A stretch of 64,000 nucleotides of DNA from an uncultured Alphaproteobacteria bacterium (GCA_944390885.1 CALXRP010000008.1:5019-69018), one strand, 5' to 3'; numbered from the stretch's first letter, positions 17,557-27,518 are shown. The notes: generated by a model not told the origin, from the sequence alone. Made by a program: numbers and translations.

Positions 17557-18901
17557 AAATATCCTGCTCTGGGGCTTGGGAACGGAAGGAACATCCGTGC
17601 TGGAATATTTGCAAAAACATAAGCTTGCCAGACAAATTTTTGTTTACGGAGACAAAGCCTTTGACCTTCCTGAAAAATATAAAAATATGAAAGTCTTTGT
17701 CGGAGATGAATTAAAAGATATTTTGCCTCAGACGGACATAATTATCAAATCTCCCGGCGTCAGCATGTATCGCGATGAGTTGGTGCGCGCCAAATCAGAC
17801 GGGATAGAAGTAACATCTTCTTCGGATATTTTTTTGGACGAAGTCCGCACAAACCAGCCGCAATGCAAAATTATCGGTGTCAGCGGTTCTAAAGGAAAAA
17901 GCACCAGCGTGTCGGCCATGTATCATATGATGAAAGCACAGGGGCTGAATGTCGGACTGGGCGGAAATATCGGCAAGCCGATGATTGAATTGATTGACGG
18001 AAAATATGATTATGCCGTTTGCGAATTTTCAAGTTATCAGGCCGCCGATTTGCATAATTCGCCGCATCTGGCCATGTTTACCAACTTGTACTATGTTCAT
18101 AGTGATTGGCATCACGGGCACGAGAACTACTGCCGGGACAAAATCCATCTGATTGCCAATCAGCGGGAAGAAGATTCGTTTTTTGTAAACGATCGTAATG
18201 AGCAGTTAAAGCAATATTGTGCGCCTTATACCGGCAAAAATAAAAAATTCTATAATCAGCCGCAAAATTTTCATGCCGAAGGACGGGAACTTTATTGGCA
18301 GGATAAACTGCTGCTCAATATTAATGAGCTCAAAATCAGCGGCAATCATAATCTTGATAATCTTGCCGGTGTTTTTTCAATCCTCAACGAGCTCGGCCTG
18401 GATATTTATGCTGCAGTTGAAGCGTTGAAAAGTTTTGAGCCGCTGGAACACCGCCTGCAAAAAGTAGCAAGGTACAATGGCGTGTTGTTTATTAATGACA
18501 GCATTTCGACGGCGCCGGAAGCGGCCATCGGCGGAATGAAAAGTTTTGACGAAGATTTGGTGCTGATTTCCGGAGGGCAGTATCTGGAACAAAATTATGA
18601 TGATTATGCCCGCTATGTGCAGGAAAATCCAAAAGTCAAAATGGTCTGCGCCTTATATCAAAGCGGCCCTTATCTGGCTGATGCCATAAGAAAATTCGTA
18701 ACGCGCAAAGACTTTATTTTGTTGCAGCCCAAAACCTTGGAAGAAGCCGTTTTGGAGGCCTATAAAACTTTAACGGCCGGCAAAGGGGGAATAGTGCTGT
18801 TTTCTCCGACAGCGCCAAGCTTCGGCGTTTATAAAAACTTTGTGGAGCGCGGCAGACATTTTATTGATACCGTAAACGGCCTGATTAATATTGCCAGGTA
18901 A
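17531..18901 (+). CDS. murD: UDP-N-acetylmuramoylalanine--D-glutamate ligase MurD. It stands alone, separated from the rest of the dcw cluster.
   Basis: The N-terminal Rossmann motif (ILLWGLGTEG) and the Mur ligase P-loop (GVSGSKGKSTS) are present. The start was chosen at ATG 17531 (MLLKNLQNK…), which overlaps the preceding gene. Confidence 0.7.
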   Translation: MLLKNLQNKNILLWGLGTEGTSVLEYLQKHKLARQIFVYGDKAFDLPEKYKNMKVFVGDELKDILPQTDIIIKSPGVSMYRDELVRAKSDGIEVTSSSDIFLDEVRTNQPQCKIIGVSGSKGKSTSVSAMYHMMKAQGLNVGLGGNIGKPMIELIDGKYDYAVCEFSSYQAADLHNSPHLAMFTNLYYVHSDWHHGHENYCRDKIHLIANQREEDSFFVNDRNEQLKQYCAPYTGKNKKFYNQPQNFHAEGRELYWQDKLLLNINELKISGNHNLDNLAGVFSILNELGLDIYAAVEALKSFEPLEHRLQKVARYNGVLFINDSISTAPEAAIGGMKSFDEDLVLISGGQYLEQNYDDYARYVQENPKVKMVCALYQSGPYLADAIRKFVTRKDFILLQPKTLEEAVLEAYKTLTAGKGGIVLFSPTAPSFGVYKNFVERGRHFIDTVNGLINIAR

Positions 18902-18907
18902 TTAAGT

Positions 18908-20863
18908 TTATGCCAGACGGTCTCTGATTCCATGCAGCAGTTTCAGGTCATGGTGAGCATCAGCAGGCGTGTTTTGGAATGCAAAATCAAGACTTGCAAT
19001 TAGGGAACTTTTAACGAGTTCAGCCAAATTTATCTCACGGCAGATCGGTGTTTCTTTTTCCCGGTCCAGAAATTCTGCAATATTTCTGAGCAAATCCAAA
19101 TATTGGCTGAAATCATCTTCAAAAAGTTCGTTCAGTCCTGTTTGTAAAAGCATTTTTTTTGACAATCCCCAAAGCTGGGCAATAGCTGCCGGAATATTAT
19201 AAAGCATATCTTGTGATAGTTTTTCTGGATCAAAAAAAGCCTTCAAATAAAGAATGCCGATGAGCGTCTTTTTGATTCTTTGCGTATATTGTCTGACAAT
19301 ATCGCGGTGTTTTTCTCCCAGAAAATAATTTCCCAAAACGTCTCTGTTCCAAATTTCGGACAATAACAGTTCCGTTTCATAGTTAGAAAATTTGTTAAAT
19401 TCTTTCACAATCCGTTCAATAAACAGATTAAGGTGCTTTGCGGCGTCTTCGGGATATAAAACAAAAATAACGCAGCTGTAACGGCTGAATACCGGCATAA
19501 TATTAAAAATATCCGAAAACAAGTCTTCTTCCGGTACTTTAAGGATTTTTTCTGCGGGGGCTAACAGCTTTTCAATATCTCTCTGCCGCATGTTATAAAG
19601 TTTTTCTGCTTTGATTTTGAAAATTCTTTGCTCAAAATCAGTCAGCTCATCTTGCTCTTCGGGATAAAGTTCATTTTTAAATTTGGTATAATCAAATTTA
19701 TCTCCCAGAATAAATTTTTCCAGCTCGGGAAAGTAAACAAGATTATGATAATTGTCATCAAAAGCAAGCATTTCGATAACATCTTCCGGTTTCAGTTCGT
19801 CAGGGGCATCGCGGTTAATCTGATAATAACGGCTGTTACTGATCAGTGCGTTTTTTCCGAGTTCATTTAAAAAACTGATTCTGATAATATAGCGAACCGC
19901 CATATAATAATTATCCGGCAGATGATGAAATTTCTTTACTTCCTTACAAAAACGTTTGACATTGCGTAAAACCCTCTTGCAAATTCTAAAGTTTTTTGCC
20001 AGCACCGGAGAATATTCCGGCATTTCTAACTGTGTATAAAAACGCAAAAAAACTTCGCGCGCTTTGGGATAATCACTAAGCTTTTCTTTAACCTCCCGAA
20101 CAAAATCATATCCTTCAATTTTCTTAAAATAATAATCAAAGACCTTTTCTTTATACAAAATATCGGGAGCTGTCGTTTCATCTGTTTTTTGTAAGGCATG
20201 ATAGTTGGCGATCACCAAAATTTTCATCTTCCGCTCTTTGCTCAATTTAGAAAAATAAGCCAAAGCCTCTTTTTTTACGTTATCGTCTGATAAACGTTCA
20301 AAGTCATCAAAACAAATAACAGAGCCGTCTTTAATCAACATATTGATCAAAAGGTCTTTGGGGCTCTGCCCGATGTATTTATAGAATATAAAATCAAAAA
20401 TCGTAAAAGCATGCCATGCTGCCCAGCCTAATACAAAAACAAGAAAGCCGAGAAAAATAAAGCAATAAAAGCTGTTAAAATTTTCCCAAGGCGTTAAATT
20501 AAAGAATTTTTCTTGATAAGGGAAAGAAAAATAAAAACTTGAGAGCAAAAATATCAAAAAGAGCAAAGCCCGCCCGACCGGATGGTTGTTTTGCCTGATA
20601 TAATCGGAAATCAGTGCTTCTTTTATCGCATCGGTATTTTTCAGACCAAACAGAGAAACATAATATTTTTTATCAGCGGTAAGAGCAGGGGCAATATGAT
20701 GAAGCCAGTCATAAGTTTTTCCAATTCCCCAAATCCCGTCATACAAAACGACAACGCCGTCGGAGGTATTGTTAAAAATATCGGAAATGTTATTGGTTGT
20801 TTGCATATCGGTCATTATCATTTCTCTTTTTTGCAAAAGCAGGAATAGCCCGATTGTCCTCAA
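18908..20863 (-). CDS. KAP family P-loop NTPase with a transmembrane insertion.
   Basis: The Walker A motif GIWGIGKT is typical of KAP NTPases (GxWGxGKT). Three or four hydrophobic helices are inserted into the NTPase domain. The protein is 651 aa. Confidence 0.6.
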   Translation of the reverse strand: MRTIGLFLLLQKREMIMTDMQTTNNISDIFNNTSDGVVVLYDGIWGIGKTYDWLHHIAPALTADKKYYVSLFGLKNTDAIKEALISDYIRQNNHPVGRALLFLIFLLSSFYFSFPYQEKFFNLTPWENFNSFYCFIFLGFLVFVLGWAAWHAFTIFDFIFYKYIGQSPKDLLINMLIKDGSVICFDDFERLSDDNVKKEALAYFSKLSKERKMKILVIANYHALQKTDETTAPDILYKEKVFDYYFKKIEGYDFVREVKEKLSDYPKAREVFLRFYTQLEMPEYSPVLAKNFRICKRVLRNVKRFCKEVKKFHHLPDNYYMAVRYIIRISFLNELGKNALISNSRYYQINRDAPDELKPEDVIEMLAFDDNYHNLVYFPELEKFILGDKFDYTKFKNELYPEEQDELTDFEQRIFKIKAEKLYNMRQRDIEKLLAPAEKILKVPEEDLFSDIFNIMPVFSRYSCVIFVLYPEDAAKHLNLFIERIVKEFNKFSNYETELLLSEIWNRDVLGNYFLGEKHRDIVRQYTQRIKKTLIGILYLKAFFDPEKLSQDMLYNIPAAIAQLWGLSKKMLLQTGLNELFEDDFSQYLDLLRNIAEFLDREKETPICREINLAELVKSSLIASLDFAFQNTPADAHHDLKLLHGIRDRLA

Positions 20864-20889
20864 AAGTCAACAGCGTAAATAATTAATTT

Positions 20890-21507
20890 TTATTCAAAAA
20901 GGCTTGCTAAAGCGGATAAATCATTGGAACATAAAATTGCGTGCTTCGATTCGATTTCTTCTTCCGTCCGGTCATAAATTTTTAGGGCAAGAATTTTTGC
21001 AATGATCTCCGGTGAAAAACGATATTTTATGATCTTTGCCGGATTCCCGCCGACAATAGCGTAGGGCGGCACGTCTTTGGTAACAATGCTTCCCGCAGCA
21101 ATAACGGCGCCTTCGCCGAGCCGGACGCCGGGCATGATCATCGAACGCATGCCGATCCATACCGCATCTTCAATAACAGTATCGCCTTTTTTCCAGTAAG
21201 CGTCAACAATCTTGTCCATGAAAGGATAATTGGAAAACCAGTCATTGCGATGCGTATTATTGCCGCCCATCAAAATAATGCTTTCCGCGCCGATGCAGAC
21301 ATAATTGCCGATATAAAGCTTGTCAATTTCCCATTGCGGCTCCCAGTGTTTGAGGCTGTACGCGTCTCCGTACAAATACCGCACGACATATTCCTCAAAA
21401 TCCCCGCTCCAGGCATTGCTGTAATAACTTTTTGTGCCTTTGATGATGATATTGGGATTTTTAACCGTCTGATGAAGATATTGAACTTTTGACCAGTGCT
21501 TTTCCAT
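20890..21507 (-). CDS. catB: Xenobiotic acetyltransferase of the XAT hexapeptide family, CatB-type chloramphenicol or Vat-type streptogramin A acetyltransferase-like.
   Basis: Three sequence stretches match the CatB/Vat family. The first is NPNIIIKGTKSYYS…RYL…DKLYIGNYVCIGAESII. The second is GNNTHRNDWFSNYPF. The third is GDTVIEDAVWIGMRSMIMPGVRLGEGAVIAAGSIVTKDVPPYAIVGGNPAKIIKYRF. These correspond to CatB7/VatA stretches NPNI…SYYSG…ARYL…DKLVIG.FCSIG and HR.EW.STFPF. The 205 aa size fits. Confidence 0.65.
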   Translation of the reverse strand: MEKHWSKVQYLHQTVKNPNIIIKGTKSYYSNAWSGDFEEYVVRYLYGDAYSLKHWEPQWEIDKLYIGNYVCIGAESIILMGGNNTHRNDWFSNYPFMDKIVDAYWKKGDTVIEDAVWIGMRSMIMPGVRLGEGAVIAAGSIVTKDVPPYAIVGGNPAKIIKYRFSPEIIAKILALKIYDRTEEEIESKHAILCSNDLSALASLFE

Positions 21508-21538
21508 TTGAGAATTCTGTAAATAAAAATAGTGCCGA

Positions 21539-21624
21539 TTTAATGGCCGGAGTTTTTAAACACCGCAAATAAAAATGGTGCCGATTGCGTGACTCGAACA
21601 CGCGACCCACGCATTACGAATGCG
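21539..21624 (-). repeat. Direct repeat duplicating the 3' half of tRNA-Thr plus ~35 bp of its downstream flank. It looks like an att-site scar.
   Basis: The ~85 bp at 21539-21624 are identical to 21797-21881. The identical stretch covers the last 49 nt of the tRNA, including CCA, and then diverges. Confidence 0.75.
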
Positions 21625-21832
21625 CTGAGGATAAAAAAGTTGACTTAACGTCAATTTTTTTTACCGCAAGAAGCTTTTTTGTTAATCAGCCGGAGCCGGG
21701 TAGGCAACGGCGGATGTTACAAGAAAGCTGACCGCAGCGAGTTAATGTTTAAAACATTTACGAGCCAGAGCTAGCAACGCAAAAACTTCGGCAATTTTAA
21801 TGGCCGGAGTTTTTAAACACCGCAAATAAAAA

Positions 21833-21908
<76 letters not shown>

Positions 21909-22026
21909 AACGGCATTAATTTATATTTTTAAAATAAAAAAAGCAATATTAATTTTTATAATATTGAAAAAAAGCGTCTGAATATTATCTAAAAAGCAGA
22001 AAAATAACAGCATAGGGGAGAGAAGC

Positions 22027-22440
22027 ATGGGAAAACAGGTTCTGCTGATGGTGCTGAGTACGATTTTTTTGTTCAGCTGCGCCACATCGGCAAATTACGG
22101 AAAAAAGCTGCAAAGCTGGGTTGGCAAGCCGGCGAGCGAGCTGGAGGCTCAATGGGGACGTCCGGCGCATACCAAAGTTTTTGCCAACGGTGATAAGATA
22201 ATCACTTACATTAAGGCCAATGATGTATATGTACCGAGTGAATATATTATCTTTAATGAAGGCTATGTTCCTGGAGATGACATAACCATCCAGCCTTATC
22301 CGGGCGTATCTTCAAACTTTATGAATACGGAAGAACTGGTCGGATATGAGACCGAATACACCTGCCAGACGTCATTTGTGGTTCAAAACGGTATCATCAC
22401 TGGCTGGCGTTGGAGCGGAAACAATTGTGTTGCCTACTAA
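22027..22440 (+). CDS. Lipoprotein of unknown function.
   Basis: A signal peptide with lipobox (LFSC) is present. An RBS (aggggagagaagc) lies upstream and a terminator follows. Confidence 0.5.
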   Translation: MGKQVLLMVLSTIFLFSCATSANYGKKLQSWVGKPASELEAQWGRPAHTKVFANGDKIITYIKANDVYVPSEYIIFNEGYVPGDDITIQPYPGVSSNFMNTEELVGYETEYTCQTSFVVQNGIITGWRWSGNNCVAY

Positions 22441-22468
22441 GCGCTTGTAAAATATGGAACAAAAATTA

Positions 22469-22498
22469 AACCGGATAAACCCGGTTTAATTTTTTTTG
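22469..22498 (+). terminator. Rho-independent terminator.
   Basis: The hairpin aaaccggataaacccggttt is followed by aatttttttt. Confidence 0.65.
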
Positions 22499-22592
22499 GC
22501 GCTGGAGAATTTTTATTTTCAGACGTAACTTTTTTTTAACTTAAATATGATGTGCTGATAAATAAAGAATAATAAAAAAGACGGAAAGAAAA

Positions 22593-22919
22593 ATGGGGAT
22601 ATTTTCAGAACTTCAGAACCGGTTAAAAAATTCCGGATTGCTTCTGGTATGCATATTGCTGTTTATTTATTTTAGCTATCACGCGGTCAACGGCGAACGC
22701 GGATTCTTACGCTATATGTATTTAAAACAAGAAATTTCGGAAGCGCAGCGAATGGCTGAAAATTACCACAATCAAAAAATCCGTCTGGAAGATAAGGTTC
22801 GCCTGCTGTCTTCATCAAGCCTTGATCTGGATATGTTGGAAGAACGGGCACGCATTGTTCTGAATATGGCCGGACCAGATGAATTTATCATTCTCGATGA
22901 GCCAGAAACAGCTAAATAA
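22593..22919 (+). CDS. ftsB: Cell division protein FtsB (septum formation initiator).
   Basis: A 108 aa single-TM protein with the coiled-coil motif ERGFLRYMYLKQEISEAQRMAENYHNQKIRLEDKVRLL…, typical of FtsB/DivIC. Confidence 0.7.
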   Translation: MGIFSELQNRLKNSGLLLVCILLFIYFSYHAVNGERGFLRYMYLKQEISEAQRMAENYHNQKIRLEDKVRLLSSSSLDLDMLEERARIVLNMAGPDEFIILDEPETAK

Positions 22920-23078
22920 AAGATAAAAATCCACAAAAAGTTAAAAGATATTTTTAGAAAAATCAGAAAGTTATTTGTGCAAAAATGATAAAAGCATAAA
23001 AAAGCTGTATTTTTTGATTTTTTTCTGCTATAAACAGCTAACACGTTTGCAAAAACTGTTAAAATTTAAAGGTTTATT

Positions 23079-24302
23079 ATGAAATTTAAGATTTTCGGCA
23101 GAAAAAAAAGAGATACTTATACAAATTACAAAGAAAAAAGGCGTTTTTTTGCTGCCAAAGAATTCATTTTTCGCACACAAGGCCGGGCACAGGTGATCAC
23201 CATCAGTACCCGTACCCAGGTTGTGGCCTTATGCCTGATTCTCGGAGTAGGGATATGGAGTTTTTATTCTTATCATCTATATAATAAAACGGATAATATT
23301 CTGTATAATAAAGATGCCGAGCTTGTAAAAACCCGTGATGCATATTTGGATCTGATGACCAATTTTGTCATTTTGCATGATAAAATTGAAGAAGTCTTGT
23401 CAGATCCTAAAATGGCTGATGCACAGAAGAAAAGCGATATTGAAAATTATAAACGCCGCGCCGCCGTTTTAGAAGAAAAAATCAAACAGATTCAGAATGA
23501 AAATAATTGGATAGATGAGAATGTCGTTTCTGAAAAAGTAACGATTAACGAGGCGCTTCTTCAACGAGATATTGCAATTTCCGAGCGTGATGAACTCAAG
23601 AAAAAAGTTGCCGCCCTGGAAAATGCCATAGAAGATATCCGAGGTGCAGAAACCGAAGTATTGGAACAGGTTAAAAAAATTGCAACCAAAGAAGTTGACA
23701 AGATCAAAAAAGCTTTTAGCAGCATTAACGTGCCGTTAAAGCAAAAAGGCCTTTATTTCAATGCGTTGGCTAATAGAAAAGAAGGCAAGGGCGGTTTATA
23801 TGTTCCGGATAAATCCAAGATCAAAGATAAATCAATCAGTCAGCAGGTTAATGCAATTTATGATACCGTACAAGATTTGGAATATTATCGCGAAGTCGTA
23901 AAATCCGTACCGATCGGAAAACCCGTATGGAGCTATTGGCTGACCTCGCCGTTTGGGTCCCGTCCGGATCCTTTCCAAAACAAACGCGCCGTGCATAAGG
24001 GTGTGGATCTGGCCAGCCGTACCGGCAACAAGATCAGTGTCAAAGCCAAAGGTAAAGTAACTTATGCCGGGTGGATGAACGGTTACGGTTATATGGTCGA
24101 AGTCAACCACGGAAACGGTTTCAAAACAAAATATGCCCATATGAACAAAATTTATGTTAAAAAAGGGGATGAGGTAAAGCATAATACTGTTTTGGGCGAG
24201 GTCGGCAGTACAGGCCGCTCGACCGGGCCGCATTTGCATTATGAAGTTTTGTATAACGGTGTGCCGGTAGATCCGATGCCGTTTATCAGAGCTAAAATAT
24301 AA
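23079..24302 (+). CDS. M23 family metallopeptidase (LytM domain) with an N-terminal membrane anchor and coiled coil (EnvC/DipM-like).
   Basis: The C-terminal M23 motifs are HKGVDLASRTGNKISVKAKGKVTYAG…GPHLHYEV. The central region is a coiled coil. Confidence 0.8.
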   Translation: MKFKIFGRKKRDTYTNYKEKRRFFAAKEFIFRTQGRAQVITISTRTQVVALCLILGVGIWSFYSYHLYNKTDNILYNKDAELVKTRDAYLDLMTNFVILHDKIEEVLSDPKMADAQKKSDIENYKRRAAVLEEKIKQIQNENNWIDENVVSEKVTINEALLQRDIAISERDELKKKVAALENAIEDIRGAETEVLEQVKKIATKEVDKIKKAFSSINVPLKQKGLYFNALANRKEGKGGLYVPDKSKIKDKSISQQVNAIYDTVQDLEYYREVVKSVPIGKPVWSYWLTSPFGSRPDPFQNKRAVHKGVDLASRTGNKISVKAKGKVTYAGWMNGYGYMVEVNHGNGFKTKYAHMNKIYVKKGDEVKHNTVLGEVGSTGRSTGPHLHYEVLYNGVPVDPMPFIRAKI

Positions 24303-24312
24303 GGACAGTCAC

Positions 24313-24837
24313 ATGAAAAAAATTAAAAAGCTTTTATATCTGAAATTAGCCCGTAAAATGAATAAAAACGGCGGGAGTTCTTCCGTGCCGACCATTATCA
24401 GCGAAGACAGCAAAATCATCGGAAATCTGATCTCTTCCGGCATTGTGCATATAGACGGCCGTATTGAAGGCGATGTTTGTTGTGATGAGTTGGTTGTCGG
24501 AATTAAAGGAAGCATTAAAGGCCTTGTCCAGACAGAAAAACTTGATCTTTACGGAACATTGCAGGGCAAAGCCAGTGTCGACAGTCTGTTTATTGCCAAA
24601 AGTGCAAAAATGATTGGTGATGCCACACACAACTCCATTGCAATTGAACCGGGAGCCTATATTGATGGCAGTTGTATCCGGGCAGATCGACAGCAGCCGT
24701 CGTCCAGACAAGTCCAGCAGGTAAATAAGGCTGCTCTGTCTGCCGATTCTCGCCCGGTCGAAATTGCTAATTCGTCAAAGACTGTGGTCTTAAGTGTCGG
24801 CTCGTCAAACACCCCAAAAAAACGTGTTTCTAAATAG
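24313..24837 (+). CDS. Bactofilin (CcmA-like polymer-forming cytoskeletal protein).
   Basis: A beta-helical bactofilin repeat region is present (GNLISSGIVHIDGRIEGDVCCDELVVGIKGSIKGLVQTEKLDLYGTLQG). Confidence 0.7.
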   Translation: MKKIKKLLYLKLARKMNKNGGSSSVPTIISEDSKIIGNLISSGIVHIDGRIEGDVCCDELVVGIKGSIKGLVQTEKLDLYGTLQGKASVDSLFIAKSAKMIGDATHNSIAIEPGAYIDGSCIRADRQQPSSRQVQQVNKAALSADSRPVEIANSSKTVVLSVGSSNTPKKRVSK

Positions 24838-25023
24838 ATATCCCCCAGTAAACTGGGGGTGCTAATCGGCTACAAACCTTACGGTTTGACCACGCTCGTT
24901 GGCGTGGAACGGTGTCTAACGACACCTTTACATTCAGCCCCCGATAAATCGGGGGTTTTCTGTAAGGAATGTAATAAAAAAACCCGCCGTATGGCGGGTT
25001 TTAGAAAAAAAGTATGATTATTA

Positions 25024-25491
25024 TTAATAATAAGAATTATATGGAACAACGCGTGCCTGTTTGCCATATAAAACCAGACATTTCTGTCCCGGATGCAACA
25101 AGACATCCGTTCCTTGCGTAATGGTTACCAATCCGCCGTTTTCCAACTGAATGGTATATTCATAACCTGTTTGGCGGGTAACACCCTCCTGCACGGCATC
25201 TCCGACAATACCGCCCAAAACGGCTCCTCCGACACCGCCCATGACCCGTACGGCATCACTTCCGCCAATCATCGAACCGGCCGCACCGCCGGCAATTGCA
25301 CCGGAAAGTTTGCCGATCTGTCCGTCACCGTCAGAAACAGTAACCTGGCGAACGGCAACAATCGTTCCTTTCGCCGCCCGGTTAACCTGGCCGACGCTGG
25401 AGGTGTTATAATGGTTGGCGCCGATATTTTCGGCACAGGCCCCAAGCAGCAGAGTCAGAGGCAAAGCAAGAGCAATAACAAATTTTTTCAT
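25024..25491 (-). CDS. Outer membrane lipoprotein SlyB/PCP-like (glycine-zipper).
   Basis: A lipobox (LLGAC) is followed by a glycine-zipper region (GAIAGGAAGSMIGG…GGVGGAVLGGIVG). Confidence 0.7.
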   Translation of the reverse strand: MKKFVIALALPLTLLLGACAENIGANHYNTSSVGQVNRAAKGTIVAVRQVTVSDGDGQIGKLSGAIAGGAAGSMIGGSDAVRVMGGVGGAVLGGIVGDAVQEGVTRQTGYEYTIQLENGGLVTITQGTDVLLHPGQKCLVLYGKQARVVPYNSYY

Positions 25492-25628
25492 AACGATTCT
25501 CCGTAAAATAAACCTGATTAAAATTTAATCTGTATATGCGGCTTTGTCAATGCTGGACAATTAAACTTTCTTGTTGTATATTCCCAAACGGTATTATTGA
25601 ACATAACAAAAAATATTGAGGAATAACA

Positions 25629-27017
25629 ATGTTACAAAGAACAAAAATAAAAGCTTTGCTGGCTGCCGATGCGCCGCTGGCTGAAGTTTTGGTCAAAGGC
25701 TGGGTCAGAACCCGCCGCGATGCCAAAGATTTTTCTTTTATTGAGCTGAATGACGGCTCCTGCCTTAAAAATATTCAAGTTATCGCCAATAATAACCTCA
25801 ATAATTACGAAGACGTTAAAAAATTATCGACAGGCTCGTCCGTTGCCGTAATCGGTGAATTGGTGGAATCAAAAGGCGGAAACCAAAAATTTGAAATCGT
25901 TGCCAAAGATATTTTGATTTATGATATTGCCGATGATGATTATCCGCTGCAGAAGAAAAAACATACGGACGAATACCTGCGGACAATAGCCCATCTGCGG
26001 CCGCGTACCAACAAATACGGTGCCGCTTTCCGGATTCGTTCGGAACTGGCTTTTGCCATTCACAAATTTTTCCATGACCGCGGGTTTCGCTATGTCCATA
26101 CACCGCTGATTACCGGTTCGGATTGTGAAGGTGCCGGCGAAATGTTCCGGGTAACGACCTTGGATATGGAAAATCTGCCCAAGCTTCCGGACGGCAAAGT
26201 CGACTATTCCAAAGACTTTTTTGGCAAAGAAGCACACCTGACCGTTTCCGGTCAGCTCAACGGCGAAATGTATGCCATGGGGTTAGGCGATATTTATACC
26301 TTTGGCCCGACATTCCGTGCCGAAAATTCCAACACGGCGCGTCATGCTGCCGAATTCTGGATGATTGAACCGGAAATGGCTTTTGCCGATATTTATGACA
26401 ATATGAATGTGGCGGAAGATATGGTGCGTTATTGCGTTAAACATGTCATGGAACATTGTCCGGACGATATCGAGTTGTTTGAAAAGTTCGTTGACCCGAC
26501 GTTAAAAGACACGCTGGACAATATCATCAATAATGACTTTGCCCGCATTACTTATACCGAAGCCATTGAGATTATGAAGAAATCCGGGCACGATTTTGAA
26601 TATAAGCCGGAATACGGAATTGACATGCAGACCGAGCACGAACGCTTCTTGGCCGAGCAGTATTTCAAAAAGCCGGTAATTGTCCGCGACTATCCGAAAG
26701 AAATTAAGGCCTTTTATATGCGGCTGAATGACGACGGCAAAACCGTTGCGGCCATGGATGTTCTGGTTCCGCGGATCGGCGAGATGATCGGCGGTTCGCA
26801 GCGTGAAGAGCGGTATGATGTTCTGGTGCAAAAGATCAAAGAATGCGGAATGAAGGAAGAAGACTATGCCTGGTATCTGGATTCCCGCAAATACGGTTCC
26901 GTTCCGCATTCGGGCTTTGGACTGGGATTTGAACGGATGATGATGTTGGTAACGGGTATCAGCAATATCCGCGATGTCATTCCTTTCCCGAGAACGCCGA
27001 ATTCAATCAATTTCTAG
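25629..27017 (+). CDS. asnS: Asparagine--tRNA ligase.
   Basis: The N-terminal OB anticodon-binding domain is present ([23 protein letters not shown]). Class II aaRS motifs are present (…[21 protein letters not shown]…, [17 protein letters not shown]). Confidence 0.85.
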   Translation: MLQRTKIKALLAADAPLAEVLVKGWVRTRRDAKDFSFIELNDGSCLKNIQVIANNNLNNYEDVKKLSTGSSVAVIGELVESKGGNQKFEIVAKDILIYDIADDDYPLQKKKHTDEYLRTIAHLRPRTNKYGAAFRIRSELAFAIHKFFHDRGFRYVHTPLITGSDCEGAGEMFRVTTLDMENLPKLPDGKVDYSKDFFGKEAHLTVSGQLNGEMYAMGLGDIYTFGPTFRAENSNTARHAAEFWMIEPEMAFADIYDNMNVAEDMVRYCVKHVMEHCPDDIELFEKFVDPTLKDTLDNIINNDFARITYTEAIEIMKKSGHDFEYKPEYGIDMQTEHERFLAEQYFKKPVIVRDYPKEIKAFYMRLNDDGKTVAAMDVLVPRIGEMIGGSQREERYDVLVQKIKECGMKEEDYAWYLDSRKYGSVPHSGFGLGFERMMMLVTGISNIRDVIPFPRTPNSINF

Positions 27018-27026
27018 GAGGGATAA

Positions 27027-27518
27027 ATGCAAAAATTTCTGTGGCTGCTTTCGGTTTTTGTTGTTCTGAGCACGCCTGTCCGGGCTGAAGAAAATTTCGG
27101 AACACTTCCGGCAGCAGCTGCAGAAATGCAGCCTGTCCTTCCATCCTGCAGCGATGAAAATTTGAAAGAGCAGGTCAAAGAAAAGGTTATGGATTATTTT
27201 GAAAAAAATCCGCGTTTAAGCATTGTTGAACGACGCCGTCAGCAGCTTTTACTGCGCAATCTCAAAAATTTTTCAGAAATCCCTGTTGCCGAATTCGATA
27301 AAAAAGAAAATTTCACCGTCGCGGATAAAATATTAATGACTAAAGTCAATGACGGTCTGGAAGACAAAGATTTAAGACTCTGCCGCAGTGATGTCAGAGG
27401 CAGGGTACAGCCGGTTTATCTGTTTTTGCATCCTGAAAATTACCAAATCATTGTTGATATCTTAAATTTTCGTCCCGGCCAATCGGCAAATTCTGATTTT
27501 TTTATAATTTATGAGTAA
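27027..27518 (+). CDS. Secreted hypothetical protein.
   Basis: A signal peptide is present (LLSVFVVLSTPVRA). No recognisable domain was found. Confidence 0.4.
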   Translation: MQKFLWLLSVFVVLSTPVRAEENFGTLPAAAAEMQPVLPSCSDENLKEQVKEKVMDYFEKNPRLSIVERRRQQLLLRNLKNFSEIPVAEFDKKENFTVADKILMTKVNDGLEDKDLRLCRSDVRGRVQPVYLFLHPENYQIIVDILNFRPGQSANSDFFIIYE

